A stretch of 64,000 nt of DNA from Squalus acanthias (lineage: Eukaryota). Both the position numbers and the translations under genes were made by a program. The notes beneath the pieces were generated by a model. That model saw only the letters and a list, made by a program, of their open reading frames with translations. It made no database searches and was not told where the DNA came from. This document shows, one piece after another, positions 36,400-48,599 of the stretch; positions within the stretch are counted from its first letter, which is position 1; each line of letters begins with the position of its first letter. The stretch spans positions 137,144,001 through 137,208,000 of the forward strand of contig CM059430.1 in the NCBI GenBank assembly GCA_030390025.1, read 5' to 3'.

Positions 36400-36665
36400 C
36401 CAGCTCTGTTTCAACTGAGCCACACGGACCAGGAGGTCCCATGTTTGGCCTCCTGTCTGTGCTAATGTAGTTGATCTTGGTGGGGGTGGTGGTAGAGATT
36501 ACAGCTAGTGGCTTACCATCGCTGGCTTTGGGAAAGGGAAAACATGACTCAGGGTTCTCCCTGGTTGCTATCCAATGAACTCCTGATGAGAAGTGTGTGT
36601 GTGGGTGTGTCGGGTGAGAACAGGATTGCTCTTGGTTATCATGCCCCCTCACATTCGAACAGGCC
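36400..36665 (+). mobile_element. LF-SINE-like element
   Basis: actgagccacacggaccaggaggtccc...ctgtgct...gctatccaatga...gtcgggtgagaacaggatt...atgccccc matches the recalled LF-SINE consensus order. Confidence 0.7.
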
Positions 36666-36685
36666 GTCAAAATTTAGCGACTAGG

Positions 36686-37065
36686 CTTTGTAGCATAGTG
36701 GTTATGTTACTGAACTAGCTAATCTGGGCATAGAACGTAAATTCAAATCCCACGCTGAGAATTTGAAAATTGTTTTTAAATCTGTATAAAGAAAGCCGAC
36801 ATCAGTAAATGTGACCGTGAAGCTGTGGGATTGTTGCAAAAAACCCAGCTGGTTCACTAATGTGCTTTAAGGAAGGAAACCTGCCGTCCTTACCTGGTCT
36901 GGGCCTATATGTGACTCCAGACCCACAGCAATGTGATTGACTCTTAGCTGTCCTCTAAAGTGGCCTACCGAGCCACTCAGTTGGATCACCACCTTCTCAG
37001 GGCAACAATGGGCAATAAATACCAAACTATGCCAGTGACGCCCACATCCCGAGAATAATTTAAAA
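36686..37065 (+). mobile_element. Second tRNA-derived SINE family with CR1-clade tail
   Basis: Head TAGCATAGTGG...TTCAAATCCC; tail gggcaataaat...gacgcccacatcc shared with the LINE tails at ~54655-54875 and ~63222-63333. Confidence 0.7.
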
Positions 37066-37579
37066 ACCACATAAAGAAGGGCTACTGGGGCAAGGTTGGG
37101 TTCCCACCAACCATGGGAAGCATCCCTTTGGCGTGAGGTAGCATCTTTAGAAGAGGAGGAAAGCATTTTCCTTTTGAAAAAGCAAAACATCAGTGGGTGA
37201 GTGACATGTGATGTCTCCTTCCTGATTCCATGAGGACTGTCAGCCCATATCTTTCAAGAAAAGAAATCACAGCATCATCAAGGCCTTATGAATGTAATGA
37301 CGTTATATTAAACCTGCACAAACCAAATGCGACACCCATTTAATGAGGCACTTTAGGTGCCATTAACTAAAGCATGAAGCTTTCTCCTAAAGTCTACCTG
37401 CTGTCGTTAGACAAACATGAAATCGTTGATGTGACGGATGGTATTAAAAAGTAGGTCCAGGTTATTTTGCTAGGTGCTAATTTTATTTGAATTACATTCT
37501 GCAAAATAAAAGTTGGTGATTTGCTGCTCGCGCCAATCAGATGTTTGAGTAAATGTCTTTTTCTTGTTCTCCTACACAG

Positions 37580-37624
37580 GTCAGCCTTTCCAACGAGACC
37601 AGCTGCGTGGAAGAAATACTCCGG
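37580..37624 (+). CDS. AFF2: AF4/FMR2 family coding exon, 45 nt, phase 0/0, VSLSNETSCVEEILR
   Basis: Polypyrimidine tract plus acceptor (ttcttgttctcctacacag|G) and donor CGG|gttggt. The peptide matches the AFF 'CVEEIL(R/K)' exon; the VSL...SCVEEILR ends fit AFF2 (recalled human VSLPSDPSCVEEILR) better than AFF1/3/4. Family is secure; paralogue is less so. Confidence 0.9.
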
Positions 37625-37782
37625 GTTGGTGTTTTTCTTTTATATCATAACTCTACCGTAGGGCTTCTGGGAATAAGTAGATAAATGTTTGAAACAAAAA
37701 CAACAACACAATAAAAGCAGCGCGGTCATAGACTGGGTTTTGTTATGGGGAGGGGTGAGGAAGCAGGTTAGTCGTCCACTGA

Positions 37783-38192
37783 CAACAGCAACAACTTGCG
37801 TTTATACAGTGCCTTTAACGTAGTCAAACATCCCCAAGGTGTTTCACAGGAGCGTGATCAAACAAAATTTGATACTGAACACGTAAGGAGATATCAGGAC
37901 AGATGACCAAAAAGCTTGGTCAAAGAGGTAGGTTTTAAGGAGCGCCTTAAAGGAGGAGAGAGAGGTAGCGAGGCGGAGAGGTTTAGGGAGGGGATTCCAG
38001 AGCTTACTGCCCAGGCAGTTGAAGGCACGGCCGCCAATGGTTGAGCGATTATAATCAGGGATGCTCAAGAGGGCAGAATTAGAGGAGCGCAGATATCTCG
38101 GGGGGTTGTGGAGCTGGAGGAGGTTACAGAGATGGGGTAGCGGGGGCCAGGCCATGGAGGGATTTGTAAACAAGGATGAGAATTTTAAAATC
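37783..38192 (-). mobile_element. L2 3' fragment
   Basis: LRSSNSALLSIPDYNRSTIGGRAF...FKALLKTYLF. Confidence 0.85.
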
Positions 38193-38412
38193 ACAGCCTC
38201 ACTCACCATCTCACTGCTGAGTGAGGCTGTGGTGCTGCTGGTGGTTGTTAGGACTGACAGATTAATAGGAAAACAGCCCCAAACCCCATAGCTCTCAACA
38301 TCACAACATTGAAGATATGAAACACAGGTGAAGGTTCAGACTCTCAGCATTAAAGAATAATGTGATTAACACTGTGTTAATGACATCTAACACATTGGTG
38401 CAGTTAGCTTAT

Positions 38413-39712
38413 AGGAACATAAGAACAGGAGGAGCCCATTGAGCCCCGCAAACCTGTTCTGCCATTCAATGAGATCATGGCCGATCTGTGATCTAACTCC
38501 ATATACCTGTCTTTGGCCCATATCCTTTAATACCTTTGGTTAACAGAAATCTATCACATCTCAGATTTAAAATTAACAATTGATCGAGCATCAACTGCTC
38601 TTTGCGGAAGAGAGTTCCAAACTTCTACCACACTTTGTGTGTAGAAATGTTTCCTAATTTCACTCCTGAAAGGTCTGGCTCTAATTTTTAGACTATGCCC
38701 CCTAGTCCTAGAATCCCCAACCAGTGGAAATAGTTTCTCTCTATCTACCCTATCTGCTCGCCTTAATAGCTTGAAAACTTCGATCAGATCACCCCTTAAC
38801 CATCTAAATTCTAGGGAATACAACCCTAATTTGTGTAATCTCTCCTCGTAATTTAACTCTTGAAGTCCGGGTATCATTCTGGTAAACCTAAGCTGCGCTC
38901 CCTCCGATGCCAATATATCCTTCCTAAGGTGTGGTGCCCAGAACTGCTCACAGTGCTCCAGGTGTGGTCTAACCAGGGCTTTGTATAGCTGCAGCATAAC
39001 TTCTACCCCCTTGTATTCTAGTCCTCTAGATATAAAGGCCAGCATTCCATTCGCCTCTTTGATTATTTTTTGTACCTGTCCATGACATTTTAATGATCTA
39101 TGTACCTGGACCCCCAACTCTCTTTGGACCTCCACTGTTTTTAGCTTTTCACCATTTAGAAAGTACTCTGGTCTATCCTTTTTAGATCCAAAGTGGATGA
39201 TCTCACACTTACCTACATTGAAATCCATTTGCCACAGATTTGCTCATTCACTTAATCTATTAATATCTCTTTGTAATTTTATGCTTTCATCTACACCACT
39301 TACAATGCCGCCTATCTTTGTGTCATCGGCAAACCTGGATATGTGGCTCTCTATCCCATCATCTGAGTCATTAATAAATACAGTGAATAGTTGAGGCCCC
39401 AACACAGATCCCTGTGGGATGCCACTAGTCACATCCTGCCAATTTGAGTACCTGCCCATTATCCCTACTGCCTTCTCCTGCCGCTCAACCAGTCTCCTAA
39501 CCAGGTCAATAATTTGCCCTCAATTCCATGAGCTTTAGCTTTAGCTAAGTCTCTTAAGAGGGACTTTATCAAATGCCTTCTGGAAGTCCATATAAATAAC
39601 ATCCATAGACATTCCCCTGTCCACTACTTCAGTCACCTCTTCAAAAAATTCAGTCAGGTTTGTCAGGCATGACCTACCTTTCACAAATCCATGCTGGCTC
39701 TCTCTGATCAAC
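38413..39712 (-). mobile_element. CR1 LINE, 5'-truncated, with disrupted RT domain
   Basis: SQHGFVKGRSCLTNL, YMDFQKAFDKVP, SGIPQGSVLGP, FADDTK, LVRPHLE motifs across broken ORFs; intact 3' tail. Confidence 0.95.
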
Positions 39713-39816
39713 TTGCAATGCATACTTTTATTTATTCACTATCGGAGGAAATAAATGGTCATTATTTAATAAATATATCTAAACCCAGGTTTAATATATT
39801 GACCAGAATTACATGC

Positions 39817-40270
39817 AACAACCACAACATGCATTTATATAGCGCCTTTAAAGTTGTAAAACATCCCAAGGTGCTTTGCAGGAGTGTTACCAGCCAAAAT
39901 TTGTTGCCGAGCTACATCAGGAGATATTAGCACAAGTGACCAAAAGCTTGGTCAAAGAGGCAGGTTTTAAGGAGCGACTTAAAGGAAGAGAGGTAGCGAG
40001 GCGGAGAGGTTATGGGAGTGAATTCCAGAGCTTAGGGCCTAGGCAGCTGAAGGCACGGCCGCCAATGGTGGAGGGAAGGAAATCGCAGATGCGCAAGAGG
40101 CCAGATTTGAAGGAGCGCAGAGATATCGGCGGGTTGTAGGGCTAGAGGCGGTTACAGAGATAGGGAGGGGGCGAGGCCATGGAGGGATTTGAAAACAAGG
40201 ATGAGAATTTTAAAATCGAGGAGTTGCTGAACCGGGGAGCCAATGTAAGTCAACGATCACTAGGGTGATA
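39817..40270 (-). mobile_element. L2 3' fragment
   Basis: Same consensus as 37783 and 49553. Confidence 0.85.
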
Positions 40271-42992
40271 GGATACTACCAAACACAAAGAAATCCTGTA
40301 GAAGTAAAATTAAATAACAAAATCGGCAATTTCAAAAAATTTGTAAAATGGACATGCAGATCTTGTCGGGAAATGTATCTGTTATTGTAATATTATACAC
40401 CTAAACTGTACCTCAACGTACTTTTGTGATTGTTACTGAGCAAACCATAATCCAGGGAAACTTTATATCAGTAAACTAACTTACCAATTGATATGTACAT
40501 AGGATGAAAAAGATAAGTGAGACAACTCCACTCCACGAATGGTGTTGAAATAGCCAAGGATGAAATTTAAGGAGTCTTTGTAACCTTGACATTTAACGTG
40601 TCCAATCAGCATAGAGCAACAATTAACATGGCAATAGACTGTTTTTAAGATAATAGCAAATGAACCGGGGCGGGGGGAGAGGAGACATTTTTCTACGCAG
40701 CGAGTTGTTGTGATCTGGAACGCGCTGCCTGAAAGGGCGGTGGAAGCAGATTCAATAGTAACTTTCAAAAGGGAATCGGATGTATACTTAAAAAGGAAAA
40801 AAAAATTGCAGGGATTGAGGGAAAAAGCAGGGGAGTGAGACTAATTGGATAGCACTTTCAAAGAGCCGGCACAGGCACGATGGGCCGAATGGCCTCCTTT
40901 GTGTGCTATATGATTCTAACTACATTGCTAAAAGCAGCAGAATATAAGGCAGTGGAAGTCCTAATCAAACTGCCAGAGACAGTGCGGAGAAGAGCAACAG
41001 GGCTTACCCAAGTGACAAAGATGTGTGTTATGAGGAAAGACTGGAGAGACTGGGCTTTTCTGCCTGGAAAGAGGGCGTCTTGAGATGTGATCTTATAGAG
41101 AAATGTAAGATAGCTGAGTGACTAGAAAAGCTCGATGCAGAATATTACTTTAAATCAAATTAGCAGAGTAGGACAAATTGTTTGAAGATAAATTTAGGAC
41201 TGATATCAGGGCTTTCGTGCCCACACAAAGACTGATCAAAGTATGGGATAGACTTCCCGATATGGAAGCTGGAATATCTTTTAGAAACAATTGGATGTTA
41301 CAATGAGGGGATTTTAGGATGAGTTTAGTTGAGGCTGAATGGCCCTCCTCATCTTTAATTATCTTAATGAGCTGAGAATGTAGATTTCACTTATATCCTG
41401 TATTTTTGGGGGAAAATACAAGAGTGCAATCAAAATTTATACATTTGTTTTTGGCTGCACATCACACAGAAAAATCTGAGATTATTATCTTGAACTGAGC
41501 CGCCAATCACAGAGTAATGTGTCTCTGAATATGAGTCATACTCACAGCTTATAAAGACACAGTTTGTGCACGGTTCATGACTGATTTGCAATCTTTCGCC
41601 TGAGTTTGGAATCTCTCATGTCACGAAGCAATAGGGCAAATTAAAATCAACAGGAAATTGAATGGAAGCAGGGAGAGGCTGCTCTAGAAGAGAAGCATAA
41701 GAGACACAGGCACTTTGCTAAGCAGTGCATATCGCAGCCCATGTAGACTACGCTGCTAAACACTGCCAACTGTTTTCTGCACTGCCATTTTCTTTCAAAG
41801 GCATTCCTTTTCCAGTGCTTCTCACACCTATCATCAATTTCGTGATCCTTAACGCTTTCCTGACAAGACATTTCTTGCAGTAGACATCGATGGGTCGGCT
41901 TGTGAGTGAAGCAATGTCAGTTCAAAATAAAATTCTCGGCAGACAGAAAGAAAGACTAAAAGCCAGGCGATTGTTGCAAGAGGGAATGCAGAGGTGACGG
42001 AAAATCTTCAGTAATAAAAATCCTACTGTATCTCTGACATCTCCCAGCAATACGGCCTTCAGACCACGCACTTGGGGACGGCATTGCCAGACGATATCAG
42101 AAATTCTGTAGGATTTACTAGATAACAGCATCAGTCACTCATCATCACCGTCCGCCCTGGCTTTGAAAATTAAGATTTGTTTTTTTTTCCCCCCCATTTT
42201 GATTTCTCAGGCAGCGAAATGGCGTTGCGGGTTTCGAACCTGCGAACGCTTAACGGGTTTGTGTGAAATTCCTTTCTCCACTATTTTAATGGAGGTGTTA
42301 ATCTTGTTTGGGTTAATGCTCCGACTAAAATGGCTGGGAGAGGAATGTGAGACAAACATGTTAAGCATTCGCTTGCCAGTATCCCACGGTGTAATCCCTG
42401 TGCCTTTATTTAGTGTCAATCTTCCACTCTCTCAAACTATTGTTCGGATTTCCTTTGTAGCAATTGTCAGTGGAATACAAGTTATTTTCTACCAAACGCT
42501 ATTTATTTTTAACGTGATGACACATTGTAGGACGGTTAACCTCATTGGATAATTTTGAAGCAAGCTACAATTATTGTTTGTCGATCAGGATGATTTAATA
42601 AAAAGCAGAAAACCTTGTCTTATATCAGTCTAGCGTTGCAGGTTCCGATTTTGAATTGCTTTTGATATTTGTGTCCCTTAAGTATCTCTGAGTACCTCTA
42701 TTTTAATAGGCAGATGAATTCCCAGCAAACACAATTTGGTTATGGCGAGTCTGTAACAGAATGAGCCATTAGGCTCAGTAAGTACTTTACCAATGAATAT
42801 TTTTAGGACTGTGCTATTGAGGACTGACAGGGGACTGTGTGAACAGCTGGACTATTACACTCTGCCTCTACAGAGAGAAATTATTGAGACTAGTGAGCGA
42901 TGGTGCAAGGGATGAAAAATGGGAATGCAGCGATCTCAAAGGAGGACTAGTCACCTTGACTCAGAACCTGGCTGTTTATTATTATTTGGAAA

Positions 42993-43442
42993 GACTATTG
43001 GGAAAGACTGAACAGGCTGGGGCTCTTTTCTCTAGAAAAGAGAAGGCTGAGCGGTGACCTGATAGAGGCCTTTAAAATTATGAAGGGACTCAATAGGGTA
43101 GGCGTAGATAAAACACTTCCGCTTGTGGGGGAGTCCAAAACTAGGGGCCATAAATATACGATAGTCAATAATAAATCCAAGAAGGAATTAAGGAGAAATG
43201 TCTTTATCCAGAGAGTGGTTAGAATGTGGTACTTGCGACCACAAGGAGTGGTTGAGGTGAATAGCAGAGATGAACTTAAGGGGAAGCTCGATAGACACAC
43301 GAGGGAGAAAATAATAGAAGGATATGTTGATATGGTGAGATCAAGTAGGGTGGGAGGAGGCTCTTGTGGAGTGTAAATACCGGCATGGTCCAGTCGGGCT
43401 GAATGGCCTGTTTCTGTGCTGTAAAATGTTATATATTTCTAT
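42993..43442 (+). mobile_element. CR1 LINE 3' fragment
   Basis: RRNVFIQRVVRMW peptide and tail; the tail is the target site of the adjacent Harbinger element. Confidence 0.8.
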
Positions 43443-43740
43443 GGCCGAGATTTCCCCTACCTCGGTGGGTCCGTGGCGGGCGACGTCGGTGGCAGATCCC
43501 AACCCCATTGCTGGCTCCAGCGCACTCTGTAAAATGATTTTACGTTGATAGGGTTTGTTAAGCCCGCCCAGCACATTTCCCGGTTCAATTAGAGGAAGCG
43601 GGTCTGGTGACATCATTCATGATGCGTCATCGGCCAGTTTCCTTAAAGAGACCAGGGTCAACTTTCTTTTAACATTTGTGCTGTCAGTGTTCTACAGCAT
43701 TGAGGTGCTGCAAACACTGACAAGCACCGCACAGAGGTGC

Positions 43741-43962
43741 AGGGCTGCACCCAGGCTCTCCCATGACTCCCTCCATATGCTTATGGAGGGAGTCGCAGCA
43801 CACAGGGAGGTTCTCTTCCCTTCCAATGGGCGGAAGAGACCTCCCCAGGAGATCAACACAGCCTGGTTGCACATTGCACAGGAGGACACAAGCAGGGATG
43901 TGGCCAGGAGGACCTGGCTGCAGTGGCACAAACCTTTCAATGATCTCAGTAGATCACAAAAC
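43741..43962 (+). pseudogene. Harbinger Myb/SANT-like (trihelix, NAIF1-like) DNA-binding domain remnant
   Basis: RAAPRLSHDSLHMLMEGVAAHREVLFPSNGRK...AWLHIA...RRTWLQWHKPFNDL fits the RAPRFS...LF...AW...RT..QC.K.FNDL pattern. Possible donor GTTAGT at 43963. Confidence 0.75.
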
Positions 43963-44463
43963 GTTAGTACAAAGCCACACTCAACCTCATCCTGCTGTGT
44001 CTCTCATCACATCCCCATCACTCTGCCTTCCCTACCCTACTCCTGCACATCCTTACTCACACCAACTTACCTTGCACCTCCACCCATCCCTCTCTATCTA
44101 CATTATCACATCCCAATCTCACTAGCCACCCCTCACACTCACCCTCATCCTAGTGCAATCATACCAACTAACAACATACAAGGGTAGGCACTTGGGTGAT
44201 TTATCCAATGTCCATGTAAAGTTTCTGTTAATGTGCTGTCAAACATTGAAACCGTTACTTTCAACACTTTGCGTTCTTGGACAGATTTGTGTGCACCTTT
44301 GGAAGTGACTTAGTGAGTTGCAGTGAATGGTGAGACATAATGGTACCCCCCACAATGGCGATGAGTGTGAAAGGAATGGTTTGGACATTGTCAGGATTCT
44401 TTATGATGCTGGTGTGGGATGGTGCCAACCTGGTACATCATGTGGCAGCCAGGGTGTACAGCA

Positions 44464-44679
44464 TCAAGTGAAGTAAATCTGGCCATGGTGAGACCATCCC
44501 TGGCCTCCCGGGCAGCAATGTGGTCGGGTGCTGATGCCCTGTGGTGGTGCAGCATCAGATGATTGCGGAGAAGGTTGGTGTTGTTGTTGGTGCTGCTGGT
44601 GTGCCTGGTGCTGCTGGTGTTGGGGCTGAATGTGGTCGGATTCTGAGGACCAAGATGAGACAGTATAAAGGGCACCCAA
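44464..44679 (-). pseudogene. Probable fused N- and C-terminal remnants of the Harbinger transposase
   Basis: Low-complexity Q/H-rich start (MGALYTVSSW...), then in another frame AAREARDGLTMARF, resembling the Harbinger/HARBI1-type C-terminal R..LI...F helix. No DDE core. Confidence 0.45.
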
Positions 44680-47329
44680 GTTGATGGAATAGATGGCAGG
44701 TGAAGTCGAGATAACAGAAGCATTCTGTCAATGGCGAGAGAGTTCTTCCACTGAGGTAAGAGTGGATGGAGAGTGGAAAGTGGAAAACCTGCAGAACCTG
44801 TGCTGGAAATGGACTGGGAAACAGCTTGTGGCTGAGGAAAGTGATGATCTGTCAGGTGGGAGCTTTTACTGTACATTTGAAGCTGTCAAGTAATCAGCTG
44901 GAGCAATGGCCACTGAACTCCTGCCTCAGGTTGCCAGCCGTGGTCCAAGAAAAGCGTGGTTCCCATGGCCATGAAGATAAAGTGAAAAGGTGAGTTAAAA
45001 AAACCTGTTAATCATCTGTCAACTAGATGCTAATGAGTTTAATTGGGTCGCCCGCCGCTGCCTGTCGGGTCTGCTCAGCGCTGACAGACCCGACATTGGG
45101 CGTTGCGGCGGGTTGACAGCGGGTTCCCGATGCGCTGTCAAAAAAATCAAATTTCCCACCCGACCCGCCACCGATCCCTCCCGCTGACCCCCCGGAAAAT
45201 TCTGGCCTATGTATTTGGATCTGTGCGTTAGATTTCCCTTTGATTAGCAGAGCACAGAGGCTGGGACAATCTGTACAATCTGTTTCATCGGCGCGCGCAG
45301 GGACCGCTGGTTGAGAAGTCGTGGGCATCCGTCAATTCCAATGAATGGAATCTCAGGGTCTGCGTCTCCCCTGTGAGCGCACACCTTGCCTCGGGGGCGG
45401 GGGGTTGTCGGGGGTGGGGGGCTGGGTGAGGAGAGGGGCGGGTGAGGAGAGGGGCGTTGCCCCTTCTGAGAATGAGCCCTACATAGAAAGCCCAAACATT
45501 GATAGAAACAATTAAATGGTTGCCACCGATGCTTTCAATCTGCATCGGAGCAGAGTTCAGTGGTTCATTTGAGACTTGTAGCTTTCAAAAGCAGAGCCCG
45601 GGCAGTTTCTGAATGACTGTGCAGGCCTGAGATTGAATTTAGAGTCACTGGCAGCTGGTTATTGTTCTTAAGAATGTATGGTGTTTGGATTACATTTTTA
45701 AAAATAACCTTTGCTTTTGATTTACCTCCCTGTGACAGGTGCAGTGCACGCAGGTAGTGACAGCATGATATGAATGAAAGGGCAATGAAGCCGATTGGGT
45801 TGTTGGGCCTGAGACTATCTGGCACCACGCAATTAGTGGTGCAGTGTTGTCAAGATGCCCTCTCACCACTTGCAGTACTTGGAGTGTAGGACCCTATTTT
45901 CCTCTCTTTGAGTTAAACAAAACTGAAAGATTTCTATAGCACCTTTCACGACCTCAGGACGTCCCAAAGCGCTTTACAGCCATTAAGTACTTTTTTTTTA
46001 GAAGTGTAGTCACTATTGTAATGTAGGAAACGCGGCAGCCAATCTGTGCACAGCAAGCTCCCACAAACAGCAATGTGATAATGACCAGATTTTAGTGATG
46101 TTGGTTGAGGGATAAATATTATTCTATTAAAAGCCTTGGGTAGAGCACACATTTCCAATACGCGTCACATTTCTTGTCACACTTTACTCGTCACACTTTA
46201 GCCTATCCTCAGGCTCACTGGGGTATAACTTCGCTATTGTCCGTTTCGCACAAAGACAAATTTATACCCCATTATGAGCAGTGGCACGGGAGTTCTTCCA
46301 GTCTGTAGAAGTTACGGTTGGCGATGCTAGTGGGTGAACGTTTTCCTCTATCTGCTATTTTAATGGGCAAGCATGTTAAACATTTGCCCGCTAGGATCAC
46401 CAAGAGTGATGTCTAGGCTTATGCACTGTGTAATTAGGCAGATATTGGCAGGACTCCGTGGACGATGGAAGCCCATCAACCAATTGTTTGTGCCTGACAG
46501 GGAACATAGTTTGGGTCACCATCTTTGATGACAAATGTTCAAAATGGGCAGTGAAATACTTCAAAGGTTGCAGTGAGCTCAGCAGATCCCCGTTAGTTGC
46601 AGTTTAGCGGTCATTCTGCCAAGGGACCTTCCAGGTCTTAGAGAGAATCTGCGAGACGGTCGCGTGCAGTGATATTTATCACAAAATATTACAGACTGTA
46701 GTTACTCAACTCACAGGTCTCAGCCATTGGGTAATTGGCCCTCTAGTTGAAGCCTAACGCAGGCCATTTGAGTTCAGGGGGTAGGAGAGGGGAGCAGGAG
46801 CTCTGACCTCCTTCAGGGCAACTGTAATTGGTGCCCCATGGTATATGCAAAAGACCAGAAGTGAGAAAGGAAAGATCACTCACTGTAGTGCAGCACTTAT
46901 TGTCCTCTGATGAAAGTCACCTCCACACACTACGTCTGGTCCTGCGTTTGATAAAGTAAGGGTGTAGGACATTTCATACTGAATATAAAGATACCAAGGA
47001 TAGTTGGTGCACTTTGAATATAATATGCCGAGAGTAAGTCAGATGAATTATACAAAACAAGTTCATAAGTACTGAAGACTCTTATTTGCAGTATCAGGCC
47101 TATGAATCTATTTCCAGGCCTTAATAATTGTAAAAAAAAAACCCTTGTACTTCAAAACGGAAAAGCAGGCCCTTATCAATCCGCTCTTCACGACTCAACT
47201 CGGTCTGAGCGTTGCATTAAAATCAGGTTGAAAATACCTCAGGTGCTGTATTGGCGATTGCTTTCTGGTGCAGGCATAAAGCAGGGCTTGCATTAGCAGT
47301 GTGGGAGTGAGTACATGTTGTGCATTTCA

Positions 47330-48238
47330 AATGATTACACAGACGTCATTGGAAACCGAGTAACGTGTCCACTGGCACAGTCAATCATGCAGACCTGTCA
47401 GTCGTGTAGACAGCTGTGGGAAGAGGTGATGTGAAATAACTGTATCCAAGCAACACAGCATTTAGTCATCAGGAATGACTAACAGTACATCTTGAATAGC
47501 TGCCTAAATGAATGAGTCCTATATATAGAGATACATATATATATCCCTCTCTCTCTCTCTCTCTCTCTCGCTCCAGTATTTATATATCTTAAGTATTTTA
47601 TGAACAGGCGCCTGTGTTTCTGTTCCGTCGCAGCAATTACAGTACATGGGAGGGAGATGCTCGGGGCTTCAGGAACATGTCACAGTTGTATTAATTAGCC
47701 TCCGGTCCTGCTGTGTTGATTTTTTTTTTGGTGTAAGCCAGATAACACATGCTGTTGGGTACCTCAGAAATTCCTGACTGGAATCGGGTTGCTTTCATGG
47801 AATTTCATTCTCGTTACAGTGCTTCCGGCCCTGAGAGCCAGTCTTGTGTCGGTGCAGACTAGCAGGAGCCAGCTGGAGAAAACACAAGGACATCACTGAG
47901 AAAAGCAGATTGTTTTTTCTAGCAATGAACAGCATGTTCTTGCCGTGACAACTCCTGAGCTAAAGACCGATTAGAAAAAAAACCCAGCACTTTGAAAGCA
48001 CAACACTGCAGATGCGTTAACCGCTCCAGCTGTTAGCTTTTGAAGTCTATAACCACTTGGAGCCCAGTCACATCTCTGATACCTTTGCAAAAAAAAGCTG
48101 CACTGAATTCTATCAGATACATATTCAGGTTGCCTGATTTGTATCTATCCCCCACCCTCCCCCAACCCGACGCTGCTTAATGTAGCATAGGGTTCTTACA
48201 GCCTAACTGGAAATCAGCCAGACTCAAACTAGAAAGAA
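47330..48238 (+). promoter_or_regulatory. Putative internal promoter / 5' UTR region
   Basis: Free of recognisable interspersed repeats. GACGTCA followed by ATTGG at ~47342-47352, (TA)n/(CT)n tract at ~47520-47570, TATTTATATA at ~47577. Lies directly upstream of the candidate exon. Confidence 0.3.
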
Positions 48239-48376
48239 ATGCAGACTGAGACTTGTTGCCAGATTTTTAACAAAACAGTTCAGAAATGGTGTGGGAGGGT
48301 TACCAGCCCCCGAGTCTCATGGCTTGCGTGTTTCAACCTTCCTCGGCCGATATTCAAAGTCACCTGCATTGACGAG
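48239..48376 (+). CDS. Putative alternative first coding exon, MQTETCCQIFNKTVQKWCGRVTSPRVSWLACFNLPRPIFKVTCIDE
   Basis: ATG at 48239 (G at -3; in-frame TAG at 48230-48232), 46 open codons, consensus donor GAG|GTGAGT at 48377 in phase 0, compatible with the 60932 exon. No homology evidence. Confidence 0.45.
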
Positions 48377-48599
48377 GTGAGTTATGCCAAGTTTCTGGTG
48401 GGGCAGTGACATGGAGCACTGCGACCTGTATACCGGCTGTGTGCTGGGCCAGGGGAGTGGGGGGTGGGGGATGGGTGCGGACGGAAGGAAGGGAGAGGGG
48501 AAGGTAGGGTTACCAACTCTGGTTGGACGTATTCCTGGAGGTTTGGCCTCTGACCGCTCCTCCCAGTGAGCTGGTGGGGGGCGAAGAAAATTGGAGGAT

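Larger units (their letters stand above)
43443..45207. mobile_element. PIF/Harbinger DNA transposon, internal-deletion derivative
   Basis: Imperfect TIR GGCCGAGATTTCC / GGAAAATTCTGGCC, TSD TAT (43440-43442, 45208-45210), Myb/SANT ORF on +, probable transposase termini on -. Confidence 0.8.

Noticed and set aside
48286-48372. Alternative ORF MVWEGYQPPSLMACVF... overlapping the candidate exon
   Set aside because: Stops at TGA before the donor and is out of frame with the downstream exon.
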